From the NCBI GenBank assembly GCA_951406725.2, contig OX597816.1, forward strand, positions 38,316,001 to 38,380,000: a DNA stretch of 64,000 nt. Reading direction: 5' to 3'. The notes under the pieces were generated by a model. It made no database searches. It saw only the letters and a program-made list of their open reading frames with translations, and was not told where the DNA came from. The translations under genes were made by a program, and so were the position numbers. Below, in pieces: positions 14,481-28,276 of this stretch; position 1 is the first letter of the stretch; each line of letters begins with the position of its first letter. The stretch comes from Octopus vulgaris (Eukaryota).

Positions 14481-15204
14481 GAAAAATGTTTTGGAAATTA
14501 AAATATTACACTCGACTATAAATTGACTAAACTCAAATAAGAATTAAACTTTACGCAAAAAGCTCACTCGAAATCTATCAGCGGTCTACAGAGAGCCTAT
14601 GGAACAATCTATAAAAAAATTACTGATGCTTCTTCTAAGGAGATGCAGGTTCATTCTGGAGAAAAATTTGGAGCGATAAGAATGATCTGATTTGGTTTCA
14701 AAAATTCCAACGAATTATTGTCCCTGTATTACGCTAAAAGCATGTAGTTATGTTACTAGATGTTTAAGTAGATGCCAGGGATGAGAAAGAACTGGCATTC
14801 TTAGGCAAATAAAGTAACTAATATACTCTGCAAATATAATCTGTAAGCTAAATAGGGAAAGTAAGGAAGAATTTTCTGAAATTCAGCTTGCAACTTTTCA
14901 CCGTTATCATCAAAACTTTTGAAAGAAAATAACTCCCTTCTGCATCAGAAGAATTAAAAAACTATACTCTGTATCTGTTTTTCACAAATAATATTATTTT
15001 GTAAGCCCCAGTATTACAACATTGGTTAATAATATGAGACCAATTCCTTCTCTATTAGAGAAATTAATGAATTATTAATAGAGAAAAATAGTATTTAGAG
15101 AAATAAATATTCTCTTCCTGATTGGCGATTTGCTATTTACTTTGACTAACAACCTGCTTCGTAGAGAAGAAAGGATGTATAATGTAATAATATAATATAT
15201 AATA

Positions 15205-15325
<121 letters not shown>

Positions 15326-15432
15326 ATTAAAAACAAACACTATATAAATGTATATGCATACATACAGTTACATATACATGTTTATAGACATATAGACAGA
15401 TAAAGACATTTATATATATATATATATATATT

Positions 15433-15560
15433 AAGGTATGTAGAAAAATACAACATGGACAAGAACGTATAACTCTTAGAAGACGATACAATAAACACGG
15501 ACAGGACATTCGAAACCCTCAGTCTTCAGTCAAGAACCGGATCATCGTGGTAATTTCGGC
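15433..15560 (-). mobile_element. Short (TA)n-embedded element, family Y, truncated
   Basis: Flanked by (TA)n on both sides. Shares GCCGAAATT..GATAATCTGG..GACTGA..CGAATG..GTCC-like motifs with 51717-52018. Confidence 0.55.
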
Positions 15561-15632
15561 TATATATATATATATACATACATATATATGTTGCACCCTT
15601 TCAATCTCATAGACACTCCCCCTCTCTCTTTC

Positions 15633-15690
<58 letters not shown>

Positions 15691-16306
15691 ATAAGACCAC
15701 ATTAATAGTATTCGTCCAGGGACACATTCAGAACCAAAAACATAATAAAGTTTGTTTACCTCATACGAGAATAAATATAAATAACAGTGGGAACATATAA
15801 GTTGGTTTATGTCCCCCTTTAATTGAATATTGTCAAGAACCAAATTCGTTTTGCCTCCAATAACAAATATTTGCTTTTGCCATCTTTCTTCTTTTCTTTT
15901 TCCTTTTCTTTTTCTTCTTTTCACGTATAAAAATAATTTCAAACGACAGACCTGAATAAAAAAAATAATAATTTGAACACATTAAAAAAAATAAATGCGA
16001 CATGAATAGGAAGTTCTAAATACACATTAAAAAGTAGATAATTATTATACTATGTTCTGTAATTGGCTGAAACTACCATGTGTTCCGCCACATATGTCGG
16101 TAATTAAAAACAGGACATTTATCATGATTTAGCTCCAATCTGAGAAGCTATTAAATGTTAAGTTTGTAAAAATATAATTACATTCGTGTATAGATTGAAG
16201 CAAAATCTTTACTGGCAAATTTATAATTGATATATTACTGCCGTCTCATATTAATTTCTAAGTATATATTTCATTTTGTTCATATATATTTTATCTAACA
16301 ATATAT

Positions 16307-16401
<95 letters not shown>

Positions 16402-16514
16402 AGGAGTGGGTGTGTGGTAAGAGGTTTGCTTCCCAACAATATCGTTCCAGGTTCAGTCCCACTGAGTAGCACCTTGGCCAAATGTTTACTACTATAGCCC
16501 ATCGTATATATCTA

Positions 16515-16577
<63 letters not shown>

Positions 16578-16592
16578 ATATCTATCTATATA

Positions 16593-17428
16593 CGTCGTTT
16601 GATCAATAAGTACCCGGACTGTTACTATAGTAACGAAGCTAAAGCACGCAGAGAAAAGCCGCTTCGCACAGATTGACCTTCAGCTCTGCTGTGCATGCAC
16701 GCCAAGTTTAACGTTCTAGCTCACTTCTGCCGTTACATCCAAGCAGTGCTTGGACGTAAGGTGTGTAGCGTGTGATCATCGATTTGACTATGACCAAGTC
16801 AAGCAGAGAATCTGCATCGAAATTTGCCAAAAACTTGGCGTTACCTGTTCAGAGGCCTACGCCTAGTTTTCATCGTTCTCGATACAATCAAGGAGATCTT
16901 GTACGACTGAAACTCGAGTGTTCTTTTTGGACAGCTGAAAACCGTTTTGGTACAAACTTGGCGGACACGCGTCTCATACCCAAATCTTCATTCATAATGG
17001 ACTGGACTGAACCGTAATTAATCTGCACATCTTCTGATAACTCACGGATGGTGATTCGACGATTTCCCCTCACAGATGCATGCACATCTGCGACGTTTTT
17101 CTCAGTTCTGCTGGTTGCGGGTCTCCCAGAACGTTCGTCAATATCGACATTTTTTTACCGTCTTGGAAACGTTTGAACACTCGTACACTTGTGTGCTACT
17201 CAAACACTCCTCTCCATACACTTTCTGCAACTTTGCATAGGCCTCCGAGCAGGTATCGCCATGACAACTTTCTCTGTCATGGTCAATACGACGATCACAC
17301 GCAACATGCCTTTCTTCCAAGCACTGCTGTAAACAGCAAAAGTGGCGCATGCACAACAGAGTTGAAGGCTTATCAGTGCTTTAGCTTCGTTACTATGGTA
17401 ACAGTCCGGATATTTATTGATCAGACCA
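16593..17428. mobile_element. Non-autonomous mariner built from two inverted 5' ends
   Basis: Long inverted arms (TGATCAATAAGTACCCGGACTGTTACTATAGTAACGAAGCTAAAGCAC...). Minus strand encodes HTH fragments GDTCSEAYAKLQKVYGEECLS, ERSGRP and RRITIRELSEDVQINYGSVQSIMNEDLGMRRVSAKFVPK. Confidence 0.88.
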
Positions 17429-17600
17429 GGATAAGTACCAAGTTTTAAAAAAAGGAGTAGTGGAGTCGATTCGCTAGAAAAATATTTTTCAAGGTGGTGA
17501 CCCAGCATGGTCGCAGTCCAATCACCGAAACAAGAAAAATATAAAAGATATATATAAATCCCCTCTCTACTTTAATGTATTAATGGAAAACCTCTATAAA

Positions 17601-17684
17601 TGGCTGATGATTGCTCGACATTTTAAAACTGTTGTAATACTTACAATATTTAATAAAATGATGTAGCGTGAAACGATCGTACCA
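17601..17684 (+). ncRNA. Type-I hammerhead ribozyme motif (family Z element, about 17575-17718, abutting (TA)n)
   Basis: TGG-CTGATGA-[TTGCT..AGCGT extended stem II]-GAAA-CGATCG-TA-CCA, with canonical core and palindromic stem III. Confidence 0.8.
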
Positions 17685-17714
17685 AATTACCGGAGATATT
17701 CTTGTTGCTTATTT

Positions 17715-17782
<68 letters not shown>

Positions 17783-17787
17783 TTATT

Positions 17788-17829
<42 letters not shown>

Positions 17830-17830
<1 letters not shown>

Positions 17831-18140
17831 AGTCGTTAGAGCGTCGGGCTCTCAGTCATGAGGTAGTGAGTTCGATTCCCGGACCGGGCTGTGTATCCTT
17901 GAGCAAGACTAAATTATTTTCTTGAGCAAGTCCCTTTATTTCCTGTTGCTCCAGTTCACTCAGCTGCAGAAATGAGTTGCGATGTTACAAGTGCCAAGCT
18001 GTATCGGCCTTTGCCTTTCTTTTGGACAACATCGGGCGACTGTCTTCCATAAACAACCTTGCTCAGATTGGTGCCTCGGCGGGGAACTTTGTAGGTGCAA
18101 TCCCATGGTCATTCATGATCGAAAGGGGTCTTTACACTTT
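17830..18140 (+). mobile_element. tRNA-derived SINE family D
   Basis: GTTAGAGCGTCGGGC..GAGTTCGATTCCC..TCCTTGAGCAAGAC. Related to 8058-8270. Confidence 0.75.
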
Positions 18141-18508
18141 ATATATATACTTTATCAGTTCACTCATATACTTTATTAGTTTGTAAATGGGTAACCCAGT
18201 GATAGGCTCTTTCTTCATGTATCATGTCTTCAGACGTCGATGATCATGGATCTTCATGCCAAAGTGTGAACTGGCTTCCTATTTCGTTTTGTCAATTTAT
18301 TTACAGCTCGTTCTGTTGGCTTCTTAAGCTTAATCCTAAGAAGCTATTTAATGACTAGTTCACGTGACATCAAGTTATGTGGGCTTGGGTGATACATGCA
18401 TAGAGACAACCCTCCTCCGATTTCTATATGTCCTAGGCACAAGACCAGCTTCTTTTATGGCACATTACTGGTGCCCTTGACAGGTACTGCTACCATGAAA
18501 TAGAACGT

Positions 18509-18894
18509 GTGGAAGCACTCCGTCGGTTTCGACGACGGGGGTTCCGGTTGATCCGATCAACGGAACAGCCTGCTCGTGAAATTAACGTGTAAGTGGCTGA
18601 GCACTCCACAGACACGTGTACCCTTAACGTAGTTCTCGGGGATATTCAGCGTGACACAGAGAGTGACAAGGCCGGCCCTTTGAAATACAGGTACAACAGA
18701 AACAGGAAGTAAGAGTGAGAGAAAGTTGTGGTGAAAGAGTACAGCAGGGATCACCACCATCCCCTGCCGGAGCATCGTGGAGCTTTAGGTGTTTTCGCTC
18801 AATAAACACTCACAACGCCCGGTCTGGGAATCGAAACCGCGATCCTATGACCGCGAGTCCGCTGCCCTAACCACTGGGCCATTGCGCCTCCACA
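18509..18894 (-). mobile_element. SINE family C, full length
   Basis: 11-bp TSD AAATAGAACGT at 18498-18508 and 18895-18905. Confidence 0.93.
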
Positions 18895-19191
18895 AAATAG
18901 AACGTACCTGAGAGTAGAAGTGATTAAGGAGAATCTCCATACTTCCTAAAAATTCCTGAACGCCCGAGTTGGAGTCTCACTACCAGATGTTGTTTAATAT
19001 CTTATTCAGAACACTAAATTATAATAATCTATTCTCTTGCATACAACATTACAATTTCGGGCTAAGAAAGTCCTCGTAAGGCAGTTTACTCTTTCGACCA
19101 TTCCATGTAAGACCATTCATGTAAGGCAAAACTAAGCACTAGCGTTAAAAGCAAGCCAAATTCTTGTCAACAATATTTATGCAGTATAACA

Positions 19192-19396
19192 GCGTGACCT
19201 CGTGAGTACCACTGGCGATTTCTTTCCTCTGTCTTCCCTTCTTGGGATCTTTCCTTCTCCTATGTTTCCGACGAAAAGCTCCGCTCGAAACGTTAAACCC
19301 TCCTTCTTCCCTTCTTTCCTGAGCGTCCAATAATGCTTTATTTGTTCCACGTCCTCGCGTTGTTGTGTTTTTTTGCTTTTGTGCTTGGATTAACTA
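19192..19396 (+). mobile_element. Hammerhead-like element family X, copy 2
   Basis: 19264-19298 reads GTTT-CCGACGA-A-AAGC-TCC-GCTC-GAAA-CG-TT-AAAC. The 3' end runs into (TA)n. Confidence 0.75.
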
Positions 19397-19466
19397 TATA
19401 TATATGTATGTATGTATGCATATATGTATGTATGTATGCATATATGTATGTATGTATGTATGCATG

Positions 19467-19499
<33 letters not shown>

Positions 19500-20047
19500 A
19501 AACCAACTATATCTCGACCAAATATTCTACCTGTTTATACTCAAACTGGCCTTTCACGCCTACACCATAATGTCATTCTAAAAATATACAATTACATCTA
19601 CAAAATCTCGAGGCTATGAGATAATGCAAGATGAATTCAACAACAATGTGAATAAATAAGCATTGCATTTGACAGAGTAACCTGAATACTAAAGGGTTAA
19701 ACCTACAAAAATCCTATATACGAAAAAAAAAAATGCTGGGCAGGAAATAATCTGTTGACCTTCACCTAAAACTGACGAAGTTATATTTTCGATGGAATCG
19801 ATGATGTCAGCAGTTTATTTCAGTTGTCTGCGAGAGGAAGAATTGACATTGATTAGTAGAACAGTCTTCCTCATTTTTAGTAGAACAAAAAGTATCGAAT
19901 AGAAATTACAATGCTCAGAATCAATTCTCTATGTTTATCTCTAGCAGTCAATTTGCTTGATCGTTAGTTTGTCCTTCGGTTGTACACATACGACACGAAA
20001 TCACTGACGCTGCCCACCCCACACACTACGCACACATTCTCTGTCTC

Positions 20048-20079
<32 letters not shown>

Positions 20080-20342
20080 CATACATACACACATACATAG
20101 GCACACATACAATCTTACATACATACATACATACAAACATACGTACATACATACATACATACATACATACATACATACATACATACATGCGTGGATGATA
20201 TGTGTTAAGAAGTTTGTACCCAAGCTCATGATTCCGGGTTCAGTCCCACTGCATGGTACCTTGAACAAGTGTCTCCTAAGGCCTCGGGCCGACCAAAGCT
20301 TTGTGAGTGAATTTGATCAACGGAAACTGAAAGAAGTCCGTC

Positions 20343-20412
<70 letters not shown>

Positions 20413-20492
20413 TCTGGGACGGCCACAAGTCGCTTTACCCATTTCTTTATTATTATTAGAAATGCGTAAAGCAACAAACACAGACACACACA

Positions 20493-20535
<43 letters not shown>

Positions 20536-20606
20536 GTGTGTGTGTGTGAGTCTGTGTTTGTCTCATACCAACATACCAAGACTACATTACCCAAGGTGTG
20601 CTAATC

Positions 20607-20682
20607 ACACTTCCCTTTGGCCAAGACATACCAACTTATTCAAGCATGAATAAGTTGGTATGTCTTGGCCAAAGGGAAGTGT
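20607..20682. repeat. Perfect 36-bp inverted repeat with a 4-nt loop
   Basis: ACACTTCCCTTTGGCCAAGACATACCAACTTATTCA-AGCA-TGAATAAGTTGGTATGTCTTGGCCAAAGGGAAGTGT. Confidence 0.97.
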
Positions 20683-21129
20683 AAGGTCAGAAATGTCCTT
20701 GTCCATTGGTCTACTAGATCAGGATTAAATATAGGCAAAACAAGGACAATAATGATGATAAGGTGACTACGGCTGGGACACTTTTGATCATAAGTTAGCT
20801 TAATCGTAACTAACCTAGGATTAAATAATAACATATAAATTTGATGAACTCTACCGCTCATCTACAAATCTTGGGTTTTGTGTCAGTGTAAGAAACCCTT
20901 GGTACATTTCCACATTTCACTATTCAGTTATTAATGAATTTTAAGTTTAGAACTACTTCCCTTGCCTTTTTTGATAACAATTATTATTAAATCTGATGAC
21001 GTTTCTCATCATTACGAGTATAATTTTAAATGATTTAAAAATATTTCGTGACTTGGCTACATAAAGTACAGTAGTTTATACAGAACTGTGTTATGTGCGC
21101 TAGCCCCCTGCAGAAATGAATATGCGTAA

Positions 21130-21540
21130 GGCGGCGAGCTGGCAGAAACTTGGCACGCCGGACGAAATACGTAGCCGTATTTCGTCTGCCGTTACGTTCT
21201 GAGTTCAAATTCCACCGAGGACGACTTTGCCTCTCATCCTTTCGGGGTCGATTAAGTAAGTACCAGTTACGCACTGGCGTCGATATAATCGACTTAATCC
21301 GTTTATCTGTCCTTGTTTGTCCTCTGTGTTTAGCCCCTTGTGGGTAGTAAAGAAATAGGTATTTCGTCTGCCGTTACGTTCTGAGTTCAAATTCCGCCGA
21401 GGTCGACTTTGCCTTTCATCCTTTCGGGGTCGATTAAGTAAGTACCAGTTACGCACTGGCGTCGATATAATCGACTTAATCCGTTTATCTGTCCTTGTTT
21501 GTCCTCTCTGTGTTTAGCCCCTTGTGGGTAGTAAAGAAAT
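21130..21540 (+). mobile_element. Head-to-tail dimer of SINE family A
   Basis: Full copy 21130-21357 is followed directly by a 5'-truncated near-identical copy starting GGTATTTCGTCTGCC. Confidence 0.9.
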
Positions 21541-21776
21541 AACAAATAAATACCTGTGTCAAAGCTTACTCCATTAATCACATAATACACAATCTGATTC
21601 TGTGTATTTTATTTCTCTACCAAGAAAATACTTGTCTCAAGGTATTTCACAATAGGGTTGAACTCATGTTCTTATGATTGTGAAGCGAACTTCTTAACCA
21701 TTGGACTAAGCCAGTGTTCTGAAGAAGGTACATAGATATATGAACACTGTACAGAAAAGCTATATTCTGCACAACA

Positions 21777-22006
21777 GCGGCGAGCTGGCAGAATCGTTAG
21801 CACGTCGGGCGAAATGCGTAACCGTATTTCGTCCGCCGTTACGTTCTGAGTTCAAATTCCGCCGAGGTCGACTTTGCCTCTCATCCTTCCGGGGTCGATT
21901 AAATAAGTACCAGTTACACACTGGGGTCGATATAATCGACTTAATCCGTTTTTCTGCCCTTGTTTGTCCCCTCTGTGTTTAGCCCCTTGTGGGTAGTAAA
22001 GAAATA
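21777..22006 (+). mobile_element. SINE family A, full length
   Basis: 16-bp TSD TATATTCTGCACAACA at 21761-21776 and 22007-22022. Confidence 0.92.
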
Positions 22007-23149
22007 TATATTCTGCACAACACATAGATCTAAGCCTCCTCTTCTTCATGCCGGTTTTCCGCCCCCACCGTCTTATTTTATTCATATCTGTTTCCTTCTT
22101 CTTTTTTTTTCTATCTTCTTTCGATATTCCACCCCTTCGGTTTTCGTTCATTCACCTTTCTTTTACCCCCCCCCCCACCCCCACCCACCTCTCCACCTTG
22201 TTTCTCCCACAACTATTTGAAATTAATGATATTCTTACGTACTTCATTTTTCTCTCACTGCCATTATACTTTTTTTCCCTCTCTCTCTCTCCATCAATTA
22301 TTCTTAATCTCTTCCTCTTTTCGTTAAACAACATAATTATAAATATATCTTTATTTTCTCACTTTTTTTTTTTTTTCTATTTTTGTTTTTTTTTACTTTT
22401 GCGTGTCTCGCTCCAAAACCCAGAGATGGGCTGTCCATCAAAACAGCTTTATTTCATGACAGCGCTGCTGATACAAGCATAGGAAACCATGCCTACTTCT
22501 CGCTAACGAAATGTAAAATTTATTACATGGTGCTCTTTCTTTCTTAGTTAATTGAAAGCCGTTGCGACTGACAGCATACAGAAGAGGAAAGGCTATTATA
22601 GTATTTATCAATCAACAATTATAAATCTATGAATTAACAAAGAAGCTTGATCGATATCCATAATAGCAAATTTATGGAAATCTCACAGACATATGTGGCA
22701 GGAGTGATGGTGAGGGGCAAGTATAAATAGCTGCTGTTCTGTCTTACGCACCTGCTCATCAGTTTTTACACGTTACTGACACAAGGAAAAGATATTTGTT
22801 ACAATGTAATTGATGTAGAGTCATCAACTGGTGGTCGAACATTTTGTTTCTATTATAGTCGTAAATAAAAAAAATATCTCACACACATGGGTGGTGGGGT
22901 ATTGGTCGTGATAGTTGGCGGTCGTGGTAGTTGGTGTTGGAGATGTTGCAATAGTGGTGGTGGTGGTGGTGGGTGGTGGGGGCGAATTTCGTCAGTTGTA
23001 AGAATAGTGGAGGTGATAGTGCTAGCTAGCATTGCGGAAGTTCTGCTTGAAAGCAGGAAGACGTTAAAGGGCATGGTCACGAACAGTAAGTGATATATGG
23101 TAGGAATATGCAAATTAGAATATAACAAATGCTAGTGATTTAGAAACCG

Positions 23150-23411
23150 ACTCATCTTTTTTGGTGTTGGGGTGTGGGGGAGGTGGTGCATGGCGGAATC
23201 GAGTTGATACGATCTCATTTATTTCCGTAATCTGTATCATAGAGCAGAGGTATGAACCCAGAACTTTGCAATCTGATTTCATTTGCACCATTTCTACTCT
23301 TAGCCGTCTACCGTTTCTCATGATGACCTTCTCTCAATATTGTCACCCTGAGAATGAGAGCACATGTGGATATGCAAACTGATTCAAGATCTACATGTTC
23401 TTGCATTTGGG

Positions 23412-23468
<57 letters not shown>

Positions 23469-24120
23469 GTGATCATAGTCATGATTGTTGCAGTTTTTTT
23501 TTTTAAGGGGAAAGGTCAACGCGAGCCAGTTTTCTTCTGTTCGTTTCTTGTAATCAGTGTGTGTTGCGTGGATTTTGTACCATTGGCTAGAGTTGAGCGC
23601 TAACCAAAGCAATCTTTTGATAGTTCTTCCCACTGAGTCTGGGATGTCTTGCACCATTTCAGCGTGTGCCTGAGGTGATCTCTGTATCTCTTCTTTTGGT
23701 CTCCGGTAATCAGGTGTTCAGCATATAATAAATTGTTCTACTCATCGCAGCTGTGCATTGGTTAACATTCTTCAATACTGGCGCTTTTTGTTCACAGTAA
23801 AACCTCCTTGTTTGGTCACTCTGTTCTGTCACTTGCTCCATGGTATATACCATAGTCTTCTTTGATGGGAGGTTTCATGTTATCTTCTCTGTCTCTTGTA
23901 TAGTTTCCCAGTTTCATCACAATAGATGAAAACAGGTATTACCGGCGTATATCGTTAGTTTGACATTGACAGAGAAATTCTTGTCAAAAACACACTTTCG
24001 TCCAGAATTTTAAGTCGAGTTGTTTTCATGTAGTCTGTTCTCTATTTATTTGTCTCTTGGGGTGTTTTTTGAGATGTAACTCCCTAAGTATTCGTAACGT
24101 GCCATCACAAACAACACAAT
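23150..24120 (-). pseudogene. Decayed RTE-clade (BovB-like) LINE ORF, 3' part
   Basis: Minus-strand fragments EYLGSYI, SVNVKL, ETGKLY and GDQKKRYRDHLR match RTE RT/C-terminal motifs (FKYLGS, CETWTLY, GGQRKRYKD.LK). Interrupted by (CA)n. Confidence 0.65.
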
Positions 24121-24449
24121 TTCATATGCTATTAATAATACCTACATTTATTGATTATATATAATTCAATAGATGACTGAAGCTCGCCCACCACCTAACA
24201 AACCTTTCTTCTGGCTCATAAACGGGAAAAGGCGGTCGAGCTCTGCTTCTACGTGGTTGTTTGATTGGTAGAAATAGCAGTCGAATCTCCCTCAAATCGC
24301 ACCATACTTCTTTGAAGAAAATAAATCGTTCAACAACCTAGTTTAGGTTACACTATGTCTTAACAAAAATATTGGATGATCATGCTTGCTCATTATGGTT
24401 GACTTGGGATTAAACAACAAAGCTAAATATTACATACAGACCTTGATAA

Positions 24450-25140
24450 CAAGAATTTTAGAACTGATTTCTGTTTCATTAACAATAAACACATTTCATT
24501 AATCACCCTTTCAACTCCAAACTAAGAGTAATGCTCTTCCAACTCGGATACACCATGTTTTTTTTTTTTAAACGGAAATGTACAAGCCATGCAACACAAA
24601 GGCTACGGCAGGATTTAAACTTTAAATCTTTGCATTTACAGTGTCTTGTTCGGAGCGATCTCAACCACAATTAAGAAAATAAAAAATTATCACCGACTTT
24701 CGTAATTCGATTTTCCCCGACCCAAAATAACCACAACCCACGCCAGCAATTATTACACTTCAACTATCGTATTTTATGAGCCATCCTTCCTCAACAAACA
24801 TACCTCAGTTTGAACCCGCTAATAACTTTACATGTCATCAGCCTCAACTAAATAACACAATGCTTCTTTTAGTATTTGTGATTTAGGTTTCAAAACACCA
24901 CTCACAAACCTAGTCGCGTGCCACTCGTCATCCGCAGTCACTCCCACTTAACCCTCAAGACCATAGATCCGTGAACCGAACTAAAGTAGGAGCCACCACA
25001 TCAGGTGTTCCCAGCCTGGGATGCCTTTATCCCCTGCGGTTGATTGATTAGATTTTAGGAAGTACGACACAGAGGAATAGTGTATACTTCATTCCTTCAC
25101 GTGGTGTACCCTGGTGGTCAGCTACTGTACGGGAGACAAT
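24450..25140 (-). pseudogene. Possible 5' end (UTR plus endonuclease start) of the same RTE LINE
   Basis: Weak motifs only (EG.L and GYFGSGK, similar to YTFFWSG) plus a GC-richer leader. Confidence 0.35.
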
Positions 25141-25902
25141 CTCTTCTAGATCAAGTTAAAGCGGAATTAGAAGTTTGAATTTTAAATCAAAGAGTTAAGA
25201 ATGCACACAGAATATATACATTTAATATTTCTTTTTTTTTTTTTTTTTTTCATTTGACAAATTATAAAGATTTTAAAATTTCAGTTGTTGGTAGCCATGG
25301 AAAGCGCAATTTCATCCTTATTTAAAATCGCCTGCATGAATACACTAAATTAAACATTTTACGAGGCTAGACTATTCTTATAGAGAAAAAATAATTTACA
25401 CGCATTCATGGGATACTCATCATAGATCGCTAATTGTTTATATTTTATTAAAATTGCTTTCCAGAATAAAGTTATGAACCAAATCTTTAAGAGAATTTAG
25501 TTGTATTATTGTGCACATCGAGAACTTTATTATTTTACAGTATTGTATGTAATTCAGTTATCCTGCCGAGATCAACTTTGTCTTCCATGCTTTTCGTGAC
25601 TGATAAAATAAGATACCAGTCAAATAATAAAGTTGATGTAATCGATTTATTCCCCCCCTCTCAAAATCGCTGGCCCTGTACCAAAATTAGAAAGAATTAT
25701 TAAAAATAGTAATTAGTTTTTCGAAAATCGACTTTTCCATCTTCAAATGCAATATTACTTTTGTAGAAGGTGCGAAAATTAATCAAGCATTTCCTCGGGG
25801 TGGGGACATAGAAAAGGTTGGGAATCGTTGCTTTGTACCCTCTGTCAAACTGCTTGAAATAGTGGCCATAGAATCCTCAAATCATGGAACAACATTTTGC
25901 AT

Positions 25903-26137
25903 ACTCTCTTTACTCTTTTACTCTTTTACTTGTTTCAGTCATTTGACTGCGGCCATGCTGGAGCACCGCCTTTAATCGAGCAACTCGACCTCGGGACTTA
26001 TTCTTTGTAAGCCCAGTACTTATTCTATCGGTCTCTTTTTGCCGAACCGCTAAGTGACGGGGACATAAACACACCAGCATCGGTTGTCAAGCAATGCTAG
26101 GGGAACAAACACAAACACACAAACACACACATACATA
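25903..26137 (-). mobile_element. SINE family B, 3' half only
   Basis: (TACTCTTT)n tail and GACTGCGGCCATGCTGGAGCACCGCC domain. Truncated at the internal microsatellite. Confidence 0.88.
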
Positions 26138-26481
26138 TTTCCGAATATATTTCCGAAATGAAAAAAATATGAGATGGTTATTACAAAAACACTGTTAATC
26201 ATGTCTGCTGGGCCAGGACTACCAAGCGGCTAACTTTGCAGAACAACAGTAATAACCACAACTCAAGGACCACAAATGGCTCGCAATTATTTGATAGTCA
26301 TCAGAAAACCAATGACAATAGTAAATGAAACCACTTCCTAAACCGCTGTTCAATTCTAAATAAAGCGGCAGAAGATCGACACTTACTGAATAAATTAACG
26401 AAGAAGATTTTTATTGTCCTTGCTACATAATTGGCGTTTAAACGATACACGAAGATATAAAGATACGAACATATGAATATT

Positions 26482-26531
<50 letters not shown>

Positions 26532-26676
26532 AATGTGTGTGTATGTGTATATATAAACTGATATACATATACACATCTACATGTATGTACGTATGTATGT
26601 TTGTATGCATGCATATACGGCCTCAAGCTGAAATCACTCATCCACAACGGCAACATATACAACAATAATACACATG

Positions 26677-26760
<84 letters not shown>

Positions 26761-27264
26761 ATGTAACATTGATATGTATATGTGTGCGTGTATACATACA
26801 TACATACATACATACATACATACATACATACATACATACATACATACATACATACTACGTACATACGTACAGTACCACTGCCCTCTTCCTGTCTCCCTAG
26901 CCATACCTACCCACACAACACCCGCTAATTAAAAGAACCACTTACCTCTATATGAAATGTCTATGTATTATTCATACCCTGATTATTAACTATTTCCTCA
27001 GTACAACCCGCCACATCTTGCCCACATCACCCCCAACCTACTTCAGTAATTATTCTACTTTTACTATTCCTCCTTCTTTCAACGCTTCCGTTTCTTCGTT
27101 CTCTTCTTTGTTTTTTTTTTTTGTTTTTTGTTGATTTTGCATATTTTTTTTTACTTTCTCTGCTCCTCTGCATCCCCCCCACCGCATCTCTTTTTTTTTT
27201 CTCTTTTACTCTTTTCTTTTCAACCGTGTCATCACCAGTATCAGCATTATCAACAGTAACTATG

Positions 27265-27648
27265 TCTTCTTCTTCTTCATCTTCTTCTTCTTCTTCTTCT
27301 TCTTCTTCTTCTTCTTCTTCTTCTTCTTCTTCTTCTTCTTCTTCTTCTTCTACTTCTTCTCTTTCTTCTTCTTCTTCTTCCGCTTCTTCTCCTTCTTCTT
27401 CTTCTCCATCTTCTTCTTCTTCTTCCTCTCCTACTTCTTCTTCTTTTTCTTTTTCTTTTTCTTCTTCTTCTTCTTCTCTTCTTCTCCTTCTTCTTCTTCT
27501 TCTCCTTCTTCTCCTTCTTCTTCTTCTTCTCCTTCTTCTCCTTCTTCTCCTTCTTCCTCTCCTTCTTCTTCTTCTTCTTCTTCTTCTTCTTCTTCTTCTA
27601 CTTCTTCTTCTTCTTCTTCTACTTCTTCTACTTCTTCTTCTTCTCTTT
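27265..27648. repeat. (CTT)n microsatellite
   Basis: Directly visible. Confidence 0.97.
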
Positions 27649-27950
27649 TCCAGTGTATAGTATAGTTTTCCTTCTTTCTCCTACCGGATCTTTCTCACTT
27701 TCTATTTCTTTTTTTCACACCACCTTCTCTTTCCTTGATCCAGTCACACTTCCACTCATACATTTTTTTCTCTGTTTTGTCTTTGCTTTCTTTTTTTTGT
27801 GGCGGGGGTCTCTTCAACGAATGTCTTGCTCTTTATTAATAATTATGCTTATTTCATTCGTATACTCTCTATATGTTATTTCATATATATGTATGTATCT
27901 CTGTGTGCCTGTGTGAATGTATAGACAGACAGACGGACAGACAGACAGAC

Positions 27951-28004
<54 letters not shown>

Positions 28005-28229
28005 TTAGATAGATAGATAAGTACATCCAATTAGTACATCCAACAAAACTTGGATGCGTTGTTTATAACGCCGTAGACTGCGGTAGACGTCACGAAAAAT
28101 CTTTCTATATAGATTACAAATGCTAAGAAGCCTCGAAATTCTCTCGGTTGACGGATCATCAGCGACAGCTCGCCAAATACCGAATACCAGACGAAAGATC
28201 ACTCAAACAGATATAAAATAATTTTGGTC

Positions 28230-28276
<47 letters not shown>

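Noticed and set aside
24900-25140. Possible HDV-like ribozyme at the RTE 5' end
   Set aside because: I could not assemble a nested double pseudoknot by eye. It needs a motif search.
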